IMG/VR virus record: IMGVR_UViG_3300036715_000208
Length of the DNA: 64,000 nt
Strand: one strand, 5' to 3'
From: an uncultured virus (IMG/VR IMGVR_UViG_3300036715_000208)
Lineage: Duplodnaviria > Heunggongvirae > Uroviricota > Caudoviricetes
This document shows, one piece after another, positions 16,802-26,255 of the stretch (within the stretch, counting starts at the first letter, position 1; each line of letters opens with the position of its first letter). The notes beneath the pieces were generated by a model, which was not told the DNA's origin, did no database searches, and saw nothing but the letters and a program-made list of their open reading frames with translations. Position numbers and translations under genes: made by a program.

Positions 16802-19269
16802 TGAAAGAAGTACTCACTCTCTAGCACCTTAGTTATGTCCAGAATACCAGTGCTAGGTACTTCGGGTAGATCAATCTCTAGATATGTAATCAATTGGTTC
16901 CGTAGTACATCGAGTTGATTAACCGAATGTATCTTAACAAACTCTATACGTGTTACATCTCTTAACTTATCAACAAGCGGAGCATGAACACCAAATGAAT
17001 CATGGATGAATGAATAAGAATCACACTCATCAGAGATTCCCATGATCACAGAAAACATATGGCTTGCATCTAATGAGTGGATAAAGTTAGGGGAGATTCC
17101 ATTCTTAGCGGCTCTCCCGTTTACTTCGTCTCTGATAAACTCATTGAACTCAACACGCATCTTAGTAAGCAGACCCTGAAGATTAACAATCCCATTAGTC
17201 TGTCCATAGTATTGATGTCTTACCTTGAATCCAATTGGTGTTGTCCATTCAAGGTGAGTGTGTGTATCAGACGAAAGCTTTGCAATCTTCTTAAGCCATA
17301 CCTTACCTTGGTTGGGTATGGTAAGGAGAACATTCATTGCGTCTTGGATATACGATGTCAATTCCTTGGCAGCATTAATCCTGAGTGTCTTATCAATCCA
17401 ATCTATATGCCCATCATTCAATAGACCATCGGTTATACCACGTGTGGTAACACCATATGGATCTGTCATGACTGCTCTCTTAACAACTGACCTGTTCACC
17501 TTGCCATCCCACTCCTCTAAGAACATGGTTACCCACGGATCCTTATAGTTAAGAGGAAGCATTGTTTGTGTGACTGCATTAGCAACGACACCATAGGCAT
17601 CGTTAGGCTTATCATCTGGCAATAGGTTTACCATCTTACCAATGACAGGATCCTTAGCAATAGCAGCCCAATGTTGGATGCCATTACATGATCCATCCAT
17701 ACCGATGGGTAGTTGTGTCATACCATCTGTCCTAAACAACTCAAAGACAGCAGCTAAACGTTGAAAGGATTGGTTCTTCCTCTTTTTATCCTCAGTCCAA
17801 AGACTTAGGACAGCATAAGGATCATCGTTGATTGATTGTAACATCTTCATGTTAGCATCAACCCATTTGATTCTATTGTCAAAGGATTCCTTATCCTGAT
17901 CAAACAGGTTTGCAACATGTACCTTAAGCCAGTACTTACCACGTTCGGTTTGTTGTACTGGGTTAGCAAACGTAATCAAAGATCTATCATGATCACCAGA
18001 CTGTGGTGATAACAGATCGGTAGTTGTGTATGCTCGACCGCGAAAGTCACAGGTATACACATGGTAGAAGAAGCCATAGGCATTCATATCCTTGGCTATT
18101 GAAAGCCTGAGACACATCCTAACTCTCTCATTCTCCTTGCCATACCACTCAGACCACAACTCTGATCGTTCTTTCTTTAGTCTACTAACTGTCTCTGGAT
18201 TAGTATCATCTGACCTATCCTGTAACAACAGCGAATCAATCTCATACGGTGGAAGATTAGCTACTCTAAGATTGTTCTTGAATAGATACTCCATTACATT
18301 AAGTACTGGAAGATTGATTGTCCACTCAGTACCCATTAACTTATTCAGCCCATCAATCACAGCCTCAGATGGTTCACTACCCTTGAACTCAGTAACAAAA
18401 TCTTCATCATGAAAGTATGTATACCCTCTATCAACCATTCCCTTACGGAGATGTTCAGTATGAACACCACCAGATAGATCCTTGGTATGCTTACGGGGTG
18501 GTACAATCATTGGACGGTATCTAATCTTAGCTCTAGTTAAGAAGTCAGAGTGTGCCTCAGTAAGTCCCGCAGTAACTTCACGTGAGAATGCTACTGCAAT
18601 AGGACTAGATGTAGGACCATCCCAAAACTTAGTAAGTTCAACTATACCTGATCGCTCAAGAATAGTTAACAGGTTAAGACCAAGATAGTATCGTTCTTTG
18701 TTGGTCATTCTAATATGACACGGTGACTTGTGATACTTAATGAAGTCACTGATCTGTCTCTTAGTCCATCTAGATTTAATAATCTTAGATACAAGAACCC
18801 AAGCACCAGGATTATCTGCTCTTGACTGCTGATAATTAACTGCTGTCTGTATCACATTAGCAATTGCTCTTGCTAGATCTTGCTGTAGTACCTGAGTATT
18901 ACTGACGGTAACACCATTGTGTTCTCGTCGTGAAGAGAACAACAATGTCTCAGCACACACAGTAATAATTAACCCAGCAATTCTACGAGGACCAAGACGA
19001 TAGATCGGATTGATCCAAGGAACATTTCTTTTCTGTTGATCACATAGATATTGTTCTACTGCCTCAGAGATGTGATCAACAACACGATAGATGAGTGCCT
19101 GTTCAGGAGCATACATACTAGGCATCGACTCATAATTATCCCAATATTTTTGGAGTGATTCATTAAAGATATCTTCCTCAAAGACTGAGTTAAGTGTTAG
19201 TCTGGTTTGTCTTTGTTCAAAGGACAGACCAAGCCATTTCTTTCCAGTACAGAAGTCAGATAAAGACAT
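16798..19269 (-). CDS. single-subunit DNA-directed RNA polymerase (T7 gp1-like)
   Basis: PMIVPP, DFRGRAY, DGSCNGIQH, RSVVKRAVMTDPYG, PNFIHSLDASH, IHDSF and C-terminal YFFH. Confidence 0.98.
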   Translation of the reverse strand: MSLSDFCTGKKWLGLSFEQRQTRLTLNSVFEEDIFNESLQKYWDNYESMPSMYAPEQALIYRVVDHISEAVEQYLCDQQKRNVPWINPIYRLGPRRIAGLIITVCAETLLFSSRREHNGVTVSNTQVLQQDLARAIANVIQTAVNYQQSRADNPGAWVLVSKIIKSRWTKRQISDFIKYHKSPCHIRMTNKERYYLGLNLLTILERSGIVELTKFWDGPTSSPIAVAFSREVTAGLTEAHSDFLTRAKIRYRPMIVPPRKHTKDLSGGVHTEHLRKGMVDRGYTYFHDEDFVTEFKGSEPSEAVIDGLNKLMGTEWTINLPVLNVMEYLFKNNLRVANLPPYEIDSLLLQDRSDDTNPETVSRLKKERSELWSEWYGKENERVRMCLRLSIAKDMNAYGFFYHVYTCDFRGRAYTTTDLLSPQSGDHDRSLITFANPVQQTERGKYWLKVHVANLFDQDKESFDNRIKWVDANMKMLQSINDDPYAVLSLWTEDKKRKNQSFQRLAAVFELFRTDGMTQLPIGMDGSCNGIQHWAAIAKDPVIGKMVNLLPDDKPNDAYGVVANAVTQTMLPLNYKDPWVTMFLEEWDGKVNRSVVKRAVMTDPYGVTTRGITDGLLNDGHIDWIDKTLRINAAKELTSYIQDAMNVLLTIPNQGKVWLKKIAKLSSDTHTHLEWTTPIGFKVRHQYYGQTNGIVNLQGLLTKMRVEFNEFIRDEVNGRAAKNGISPNFIHSLDASHMFSVIMGISDECDSYSFIHDSFGVHAPLVDKLRDVTRIEFVKIHSVNQLDVLRNQLITYLEIDLPEVPSTGILDITKVLESEYFFH

Positions 19270-19314
19270 ATTGATTTCTCCTTGTTAGGGGTAGCCGACG
19301 AGGCTAGCCATGTA

Positions 19315-19342
19315 CTACGTTACGTCTCCTGTTGCTCGTCAT
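19315..19342 (-). promoter_or_regulatory. candidate phage RNAP promoter, copy 2 (directly upstream of RNAP gene)
   Basis: Minus strand ATGACGAGCAACAGGAGACGTAACGTAG. Confidence 0.65.
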
Positions 19343-19484
19343 CTACCACAATATTTTCATCATCATCAACAGGTTCATCAAGATATACTTCATTGTACCA
19401 GTAATCAGGACAATGATACTCATCAATGAAGTTAACCCAATCATAACCATCCATATCATCTACATTACCATCTTCATAACTCAT
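19320..19484 (-). CDS. very acidic 54-aa protein (not in ORF track)
   Basis: MSYEDGNVDDMDGYDWVNFIDEYHCPDYWYNEVYLDEPVDDDENIVVDDEQQET; GGGAG RBS; TAATG coupling. Confidence 0.7.
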   Translation of the reverse strand: MSYEDGNVDDMDGYDWVNFIDEYHCPDYWYNEVYLDEPVDDDENIVVDDEQQET

Positions 19485-19723
19485 TAATAAACTCCCGTGT
19501 TATCGTGGTCAATAACTTTCTTAACCTTAAGAGACTCATCAAGGATATGATGCAACAGAGCAGCAACACCCATCAACTTTTCATAATCATTATCAGACCA
19601 CACAGGTCCACGCTTATGCTTGGCATCAAAAGCCAAGTCATACACAAGATGTGCCTGAAGAAGAAGAATTTTCTTATCAAATCTAGCATCAATCTCATAA
19701 ACATTTGAAATTTCTTCACCCAT
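19484..19723 (-). CDS. hypothetical protein
   Basis: 79 aa, GGAG RBS. Confidence 0.6.
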   Translation of the reverse strand: MGEEISNVYEIDARFDKKILLLQAHLVYDLAFDAKHKRGPVWSDNDYEKLMGVAALLHHILDESLKVKKVIDHDNTGVY

Positions 19724-19725
19724 TA

Positions 19726-20445
19726 TTAGCTCCAGTTATTAAACAGTAGTGCAAGATCTTGTGAGTTCACAATGCCATCACCATTAAGATCATGCGGATT
19801 AGATGCATAGTTAATAGCACCCCAGTCAGCAAGCAACGCACTCATATCACCAGCATTTACAATACCATCATTATTAAAGTCACCAAACACAGGGACTCCA
19901 ACCATAGCATTACTAAGTGTACCAGTAACATCATTACCACCAACACAACAACCATACACAACACAGGAAGCAGGATACTCAGGTCGAAGTGGTAGGTTAT
20001 CATATAACACAACCTCTGATTGACCCAACCCAACAACCTTAAAGATAAACTTACACATCTGTGTTGGCTTAGTTACAATCCACTCGTATCCAAGCACACC
20101 ATAGCAATAGAACATACCGTTGCCATCTTGTGGTGGTACGACTTCATTGCACCAAGTATAATCATTAGGTGGGAATGTAGAATACCCTGGCATAACACCA
20201 ACATTAGAACCTTCCAATGATACACCAAGCAACTGCAACTTACTAGTATCCCAACCAAAGGGAACATCAGCAACAATGAATCGCTGAGGATTACTAGAGG
20301 CAGACACCATCAACTTAACTTCAATGATATCATTGATATCAACAGCCTGTTGTGGGAACACAAGTGATAGATCCAACTTAGCATTAGGGTCTGACTGTGC
20401 ATGACACACACTAGACATCAAAAGGATTGGATAGATATATTTCAC
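19726..20445 (-). CDS. secreted cohesin-like + dockerin (paired EF-hand) protein
   Basis: Signal peptide (...VCHA|QS), cohesin-like beta domain, duplicated GDFNNDGIVNAGDMSALLADWG / DLNGDGIVNSQDLALLFNNW. Confidence 0.85.
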   Translation of the reverse strand: MKYIYPILLMSSVCHAQSDPNAKLDLSLVFPQQAVDINDIIEVKLMVSASSNPQRFIVADVPFGWDTSKLQLLGVSLEGSNVGVMPGYSTFPPNDYTWCNEVVPPQDGNGMFYCYGVLGYEWIVTKPTQMCKFIFKVVGLGQSEVVLYDNLPLRPEYPASCVVYGCCVGGNDVTGTLSNAMVGVPVFGDFNNDGIVNAGDMSALLADWGAINYASNPHDLNGDGIVNSQDLALLFNNWS

Positions 20446-20867
20446 TCAGTTACCTTAGACTTGATAAGGTATAGGATAGCATCAGCAATGGCAATAGTGC
20501 CATCCTTACTCTTAAAGAAATCAGTCATTGCCTGATCAATGTTATCCGATACAGCAGACTCAATCTTATAGTCTACCTTATCTTCAATAATATTATCCAG
20601 CTTATCATCAACCACACTCTCTAGTTGATCGTTAACAAACTGTTCGACAAGATCAGATACATTGTCATCACAGTATGCATTAATCTCACGATCCATGTTA
20701 ACATAATCTTCCATGATAAACTCATTACACATATACTGTGTAACCTTATCCTCAAGGAAGGCTTGAAGTTTAGAAACATCCATCAAGTTAGGATCTGCAA
20801 CAGACTTGTTAAGCAGAACAAACTCACGCATTACATCACACAACTTCGTATCAATTTCATTAGTCAT
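20442..20867 (-). CDS. acidic helical hypothetical protein
   Basis: 141 aa with D/E-rich quasi-repeats. Confidence 0.65.
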   Translation of the reverse strand: MTNEIDTKLCDVMREFVLLNKSVADPNLMDVSKLQAFLEDKVTQYMCNEFIMEDYVNMDREINAYCDDNVSDLVEQFVNDQLESVVDDKLDNIIEDKVDYKIESAVSDNIDQAMTDFFKSKDGTIAIADAILYLIKSKVTE

Positions 20868-21207
20868 TACTAGGTTCCTTTATAAATTCATTCTCTTCTG
20901 ACTCATTAACACCACGCTCATCAACATCCACATCCCACATATTCATGTAGTAGTTATAGATCTCTTGCCAGTTAACCTCAGGACTATACAATGATACACC
21001 ATCAGGTGTAACAGGTCCAGAAGGACTGCTGAAATTCATATCAAGGTATGTCATGACAACTGAATACTTAAGATCAGATGGAGCCATACCACACCTACGC
21101 CAGATATTACATCGGGTTTCAAAGATATCATACATGGTCTGATCCTCTGTCAGATACAGTACCACATTCCATGTCTCATAATTAGACCAACCATTATATC
21201 GTGTCAT
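20860..21207 (-). CDS. conserved phage early hypothetical protein
   Basis: YNGWSNYETWNV N-terminal motif is common among phage hypothetical proteins; GAGG RBS. Confidence 0.7.
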   Translation of the reverse strand: MTRYNGWSNYETWNVVLYLTEDQTMYDIFETRCNIWRRCGMAPSDLKYSVVMTYLDMNFSSPSGPVTPDGVSLYSPEVNWQEIYNYYMNMWDVDVDERGVNESEENEFIKEPSND

Positions 21208-21408
21208 TATTCATCCTCAAAGATAAAGAGAGATACCGCAAGTACAATTGCACAGGCAACCAACACATATGGACCCATTAGTTATCACCTAAGATATGTT
21301 TCGCATACAACACAGCATCATAGTGTGATTTAAATCCATCAATGTAAGATCCAGTAGAATCATACAGACTGTACCAACCATCTTCAAATTGAATGTCAAA
21401 CTTATTCA

Positions 21409-21795
21409 TTACAGTTGCTCCTCAATTAGTTCAGCAAGTTCTTTAAAGGACGCATCATGCTCATCATTTAGATTAGATAACATAATGGGTCCACCATAAC
21501 CAGCCATATCTACATAAGTAACACTAGGTGATTGATCATTAAGACCAGCCCATTCCATGATAGTCTTAGGAAGTATGGTAGTAAAGCCAAAGAAAGAACC
21601 AACCTTCATCTTGTCACCATAACTATCTTCAGATGTTTCCCACACTACCTCTTCATTAGACTCTTTCATATAGAGATCACACAGCACACCAAGACAGCAG
21701 TAACTACCACTCTCACTAAGCAGACAATGTGTACCCTGCTCATAGTCACCACTACGAAGAGCATTAACCCAACGATCTTTAATATCAGCCTTCAT
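21409..21795 (-). CDS. conserved phage hypothetical protein
   Basis: WVNALRSGDYEQG...YCCLGVLCD motif; start moved to MKADIK. Confidence 0.7.
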   Translation of the reverse strand: MKADIKDRWVNALRSGDYEQGTHCLLSESGSYCCLGVLCDLYMKESNEEVVWETSEDSYGDKMKVGSFFGFTTILPKTIMEWAGLNDQSPSVTYVDMAGYGGPIMLSNLNDEHDASFKELAELIEEQL

Positions 21796-22108
21796 GGTCA
21801 TCTCCTGTAATTTCATCACCAATTACTTCATAAGGTACATAGTACTGAAGATCATCAATGATACTGAGAGATACCATACCAGGATCTTCATCATCTACTG
21901 TATCAAAGGGAAGTTCAAGAAAGATTGTAGTAGACCCATCCTCATTGATAGCATAATCAATAACATTAACAGCATACCCTGCGCATGCACACATTCGTAC
22001 TAACTTGATAGTAGTATTAGTATAGTCTGATTCTCCATCATAGATATCATCCTTGATGATGACAGATAGATGCAGAAACCACGAACCAGCCATAGTATCA
22101 TCACTCAT
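21785..22108 (-). CDS. acidic early hypothetical protein
   Basis: Start MSDDTM after GGGAGG. Confidence 0.55.
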   Translation of the reverse strand: MSDDTMAGSWFLHLSVIIKDDIYDGESDYTNTTIKLVRMCACAGYAVNVIDYAINEDGSTTIFLELPFDTVDDEDPGMVSLSIIDDLQYYVPYEVIGDEITGDDHEG

Positions 22109-22241
22109 CTGAATCCTCCCGATAGAATCGAATAAGTTTCGCAGCCTGACGCAATACCTTATAGTTATACCCTTGTGGGTAATCATTCTCAAGGTGACGA
22201 AGCAACTCATCAATATCAATATCCATATCATGCAGATTCAT
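22101..22241 (-). CDS. small early hypothetical protein
   Basis: Start MNLHDM after AAGGAG. Confidence 0.5.
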   Translation of the reverse strand: MNLHDMDIDIDELLRHLENDYPQGYNYKVLRQAAKLIRFYREDSDE

Positions 22242-22545
22242 TAACAAACTCCTTAAGTGTTTCAAGCAAACGATTACCAGCATCTTCAGCACCACGACGA
22301 TGCAAGATCAACACAGTATGATCATACTGTGACCAAGTAAGACCAACCTGATCAAACTCCAGAACCAACTCTCGACCACGCCACCCACGCAATTGAAAGT
22401 AGAAAGAATACTTATCAACAGGATCAACAGACACATGATCCTCCTTCTTAGTATACTTGTTGCGGTTAGTAAGACCCGCAAAGTAATACACACCATCTTT
22501 CTGGAACTGCCAATGATAATTAGTGCTACTCGTGAACTCGGACAT
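22228..22545 (-). CDS. early hypothetical protein
   Basis: 105 aa, AAGGAGG RBS. Confidence 0.65.
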   Translation of the reverse strand: MSEFTSSTNYHWQFQKDGVYYFAGLTNRNKYTKKEDHVSVDPVDKYSFYFQLRGWRGRELVLEFDQVGLTWSQYDHTVLILHRRGAEDAGNRLLETLKEFVNESA

Positions 22546-22735
22546 TGCATACCTCCTTAAGGTAAGACCTACACAAGATTACTTCATCATCACTAAACCA
22601 AAACTCATCACTGTTAATATTACATACCTCTAACACAGCAGCAGCAAACCCTGCAATACGACGGTCAAATGTACCATGCCAGTAACAATCTTCTACTTGC
22701 AGAAGAGAGTTACTCATAAGACAAGTGCTAGACAT
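22526..22735 (-). CDS. early hypothetical protein
   Basis: Start MSSTCL after GGAGG. Confidence 0.5.
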   Translation of the reverse strand: MSSTCLMSNSLLQVEDCYWHGTFDRRIAGFAAAVLEVCNINSDEFWFSDDEVILCRSYLKEVCNVRVHE

Positions 22736-23066
22736 CAATAACCTCCACCATATGTGCGGTAATAAAAAGACTTTGTTGATTGGTAAACTTCTTAAGCCAA
22801 CACATGATTGGCATAACCTTGGTATTCCATACAAGAGATGAACATACTACCGTAACGATAGCACTCATATCTTTAATACGCATCTCATCTTCCTGTCCCT
22901 CATTAGCAATCCAATACCCATAAGACTGTGGGCTATCACATGTGACACCACCTACATTCTCTGTAATGAGACACATAGTTTCATGAAGGACAGTAGGCAG
23001 GGGATACGATGGTACTCCATCATCACTTGCATACCATAGTGGTACAATAATTGTATACTTATACAT
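22728..23066 (-). CDS. early hypothetical protein
   Basis: 112 aa, coupled to neighbours. Confidence 0.6.
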   Translation of the reverse strand: MYKYTIIVPLWYASDDGVPSYPLPTVLHETMCLITENVGGVTCDSPQSYGYWIANEGQEDEMRIKDMSAIVTVVCSSLVWNTKVMPIMCWLKKFTNQQSLFITAHMVEVIDV

Positions 23067-23262
23067 TGGATGGTTTACTCATTTCGAGGCGATAGTTCAA
23101 GCAATACTGATGGTAGATAGCATGATTAGAATCAAGATACTTACTGGCATCATTAAGTTGCTTACGAATGTTGTTGTTCTTTAGCCACACCTGTGGATCA
23201 TCGCTGTACTCATAGAACCAATCAAGTTCCATGAGATTCTTAATGTACTCTTCTTCAGTCAT
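23059..23262 (-). CDS. early hypothetical protein
   Basis: 67 aa with DWFYEYSDD motif. Confidence 0.6.
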   Translation of the reverse strand: MTEEEYIKNLMELDWFYEYSDDPQVWLKNNNIRKQLNDASKYLDSNHAIYHQYCLNYRLEMSKPSNV

Positions 23263-23450
23263 TAGGTATCCTTACTGTATTGAATTACATCTTGCCCACA
23301 TCGAATCATTTCATCCTCGATATCATCAACATCTACTTCACCCAACTCTTCGGGTGTCCATATAACAACAGCATACCCCTTGTGGTGCAGCCATGTAATG
23401 ATATCGTAGATAACAATACCAGCATCTTGATTAAAGTTAGGTGTGTTCAT
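23262..23450 (-). CDS. early hypothetical protein
   Basis: 62 aa with GYAVVIWTPEEL motif. Confidence 0.6.
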   Translation of the reverse strand: MNTPNFNQDAGIVIYDIITWLHHKGYAVVIWTPEELGEVDVDDIEDEMIRCGQDVIQYSKDT

Positions 23451-23857
23451 TGGTTAAGATACCTTTCATAAGACGAGTCATTAATAAGTTCACCAGTACC
23501 CGAATAGCATTCACACCCTATTCCAGGATAGAAATTACTAAAGGCTTCATGATCTAGATAGATGTACTCAAATCCTTCCCACTTAAGACCCTTACGATAC
23601 CACACATGCTTATCTTGAGACAACCTAGATTGACCGAAGGTATTAAGGATAGCATTCAATCGACTCTTAGTTGTCGGTGTATACCATCCACGACAGGTGA
23701 TGTACAATGTAACATCCTCATACCATGCAATAAGATTATCAAACAGATACACATACACCTTGCCATCTACTGCGGTGGTGTGTGTATTAGAACTACACTT
23801 GATGGACTTATAATTTAGCATGGCATCTACCATCTTGCGTTCACATACTTTCATCAC
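23447..23857 (-). CDS. conserved phage hypothetical protein
   Basis: GWYTPTTKSRLNAIL motif, recurrent in aquatic phages. Confidence 0.65.
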   Translation of the reverse strand: MMKVCERKMVDAMLNYKSIKCSSNTHTTAVDGKVYVYLFDNLIAWYEDVTLYITCRGWYTPTTKSRLNAILNTFGQSRLSQDKHVWYRKGLKWEGFEYIYLDHEAFSNFYPGIGCECYSGTGELINDSSYERYLNQ

Positions 23858-24010
23858 ATCAACTCCGCTTTAATCTCTGCGGTAGTAAGAGAGCATTCAA
23901 GATAGTTCCGATGGAACCATCCACAAATGGCACACTCCTTTGAAGAAGACATCATATAGTACTCATAATCCGTGTTACCATCTGACACAGTAATCTTATA
24001 GAGGTTCATC

Positions 24011-24325
24011 TTATACTCCTACTGGTTGAATGAAGGCATACTTGCCTTCGGCATTGTATCCGCCACGATATTGATACTTGTCGGTATATCCTAGGTATAG
24101 AACATACCCTTCCAACATATCTGATGCTTCATCAATAGTGAATTCACCTTCGACGAAACTGTTGTTCATCCATACCTTCCACATTACAGAATGCTTTGCC
24201 CTGTACACAGGGTGTCCACATACATCACATACTGTGATAAGATCATACTTATCTAGTATGTGAGTACCAATACCACTGTCAACTACATCCCCACAACAAT
24301 TGTAGATTGTAATATAGTTTAGCAT
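24011..24325 (-). CDS. early hypothetical protein with CxxC
   Basis: Start MLNYIT after AAGGAG. Confidence 0.55.
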   Translation of the reverse strand: MLNYITIYNCCGDVVDSGIGTHILDKYDLITVCDVCGHPVYRAKHSVMWKVWMNNSFVEGEFTIDEASDMLEGYVLYLGYTDKYQYRGGYNAEGKYAFIQPVGV

Positions 24326-24335
24326 TTCATACTCC

Positions 24336-24767
24336 TTAGTTACCCCTATAGAAAGTTTGATTCTCATACGGTTCCATGTTAGCACGCATAAGATCTACCC
24401 GATTCTCAGGTACACCATGCACATTCTTATACTCACCCTCGCAGCAGATAACCTTCACCTCATACTGCCACATCTTAGCAAGTGTATAGTACACATCTGC
24501 CTCCCACTTTCGGATGAAAGTGTTGGACACATAGATATGATCTGTTCCCTCGATCATATGCGTGTTAACAAACTGCTGACACAATCGGTGACACTCTTGC
24601 AATCTTGCAGGATCAAACTCATACTCTGCCAAGGAATTGACCATGAACATATCAGCCTCACAGACCACAGCCTTATCTCCTCCGCTGATATCTCCGCTCG
24701 ACATATCCCGAGCGAGAGTAGACTTACCACTTCCTGGCACACCTCGAATGATATACAAGACTGGCAT
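24336..24767 (-). CDS. P-loop kinase (polynucleotide kinase-like)
   Basis: IIRGVPGSGKST, EAD, VSNTF and NVHGVP motifs; start moved to MPVLY. Confidence 0.85.
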   Translation of the reverse strand: MPVLYIIRGVPGSGKSTLARDMSSGDISGGDKAVVCEADMFMVNSLAEYEFDPARLQECHRLCQQFVNTHMIEGTDHIYVSNTFIRKWEADVYYTLAKMWQYEVKVICCEGEYKNVHGVPENRVDLMRANMEPYENQTFYRGN

Positions 24768-25249
24768 GATACATACTCCGTAAAGATTTATGGACACAAC
24801 AAACAGTACCCACGGGATGTTTCACCCGTGGATACCATGACTTTATTAGTTGCAGCGCGTCAATGCTGCATACAAAGTCCATCTTACACACCAACACAAG
24901 GGAAGGACACCTTGAGTATAGATTAAGCCGCATACCTACGGGGATTATAGTCGAGTAAGACTATACTTAATCTGAGTACATATAAATTTCCCATTATTTA
25001 TGAGTCGCCTATGGGCTAGGTTGCTTGCGACATATCGGGATTATTAGAATGAGTTGGTACTATTGGACACTAAGTGTCTTCATCATTCGTGGTATACCTA
25101 CCACACCTACCGTGCCTTCACATTAAACCGCTACATAGGGGGCGGTAATGTTACACTTGCACTTTGGATCCCAACTAATGCACGGCATACACCATGAATA
25201 GGTTGGAGTACATAGTACCTTTAATCATCCCTTGTCTCAAACCCTACAG

Positions 25250-25287
25250 AGAGATAGGTATGGGATCGTCCTCCCATACCTATCTCT
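25250..25287. repeat. perfect 16-bp inverted repeat (hairpin; RNase III site or terminator)
   Basis: agagataggtatggga-tcgtcc-tcccatacctatctct. Confidence 0.8.
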
Positions 25288-25294
25288 ACACACC

Positions 25295-25579
25295 TTACAT
25301 ATCTAACTTCAATAAACCCCTTGCGGTAGATTTATTGATACACTTCATAACACTTACAAACCTTCCGCGTTTGTTGGCATCATACCCCACGCCATCGGTT
25401 CCCCATGAATGTCCGTTACACAATTCGTGTGCCAACATCTGCACACTAAACAACACATCGTCGAATTTCTCAGGGGATACTGCACCGACATATAGTTCGA
25501 CTACGGTATCTCTAACCTCAAAGATTCCTCCAATGTCTTGGAGCCGTTGCCCCCACACCACTAGATCGGAATATTTCAT
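25295..25579 (-). CDS. early hypothetical protein
   Basis: 94 aa, AAGGAG RBS. Confidence 0.65.
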   Translation of the reverse strand: MKYSDLVVWGQRLQDIGGIFEVRDTVVELYVGAVSPEKFDDVLFSVQMLAHELCNGHSWGTDGVGYDANKRGRFVSVMKCINKSTARGLLKLDM

Positions 25580-25611
25580 GATATCTCCTTAGATTGTTTC
25601 ATCCTGCATAC

Positions 25612-25800
25612 TTATCCACAAACTGGACGAATAGCACCGACATGATACTTGGCGAGAATCTTAGCCTCGATAACCTTGCGGGTTACCTTACCCTCAAAGT
25701 ACTTGACGGCAAGTACATAGTACGCTTCCCAAGACTTGACGCTATTGTGTGCAATAGCAAACCTTAGGGATTGTTGCACAATTTCCTTCGATGGCTTCAT
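25612..25800 (-). CDS. early basic hypothetical protein
   Basis: 62 aa, GGAG RBS. Confidence 0.6.
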   Translation of the reverse strand: MKPSKEIVQQSLRFAIAHNSVKSWEAYYVLAVKYFEGKVTRKVIEAKILAKYHVGAIRPVCG

Positions 25801-25883
25801 GGCATATTCTCCAGTTAGTGGAACGATACAGAGAGGGAGGGATTCTCAGGATAGAGAATCCCCCACACTACGAACCGTTAACC

Positions 25884-26255
25884 TTAGACAAGGATATCGT
25901 CAAGTGAAACAGACCGCTTGCTTGACTTGATAACCGACACTTTGACACCTTCGGGAAAGTATTCTGGGAAATGCTGCACGAATTCGGACATAACATCCCC
26001 AACAAACTTGTCGGATCGGAAGCACATACCTTCCACGCTTCGCCCATTGACCGCCGCAAGCAATTGCAGAAGAGTAACTTGCTTATTCGGATTGATATCA
26101 ATCTGAGAAAGATTGCAGACGAATCGGCGGAGAGATTGAAGATTTGCAGCATCATCTTTCGTGAACTTCTTAGGACTGTTATCCCAAGACTTCCGAATCG
26201 AAGCGGCGAAGGAAACGAACACCGACACACCTTTATGCATAGTCGAGATGGACAT
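25884..26255 (-). CDS. first early gene, hypothetical
   Basis: 123 aa, GGAG RBS; first ORF after the non-coding end region. Confidence 0.6.
   Translation of the reverse strand: MSISTMHKGVSVFVSFAASIRKSWDNSPKKFTKDDAANLQSLRRFVCNLSQIDINPNKQVTLLQLLAAVNGRSVEGMCFRSDKFVGDVMSEFVQHFPEYFPEGVKVSVIKSSKRSVSLDDILV

Noticed and set aside
25880..25910. Host sigma70 early promoter (TTGACG on the minus strand)
   Set aside because: No acceptable -10 element at 16-18 bp spacing; early host promoters could not be placed confidently.
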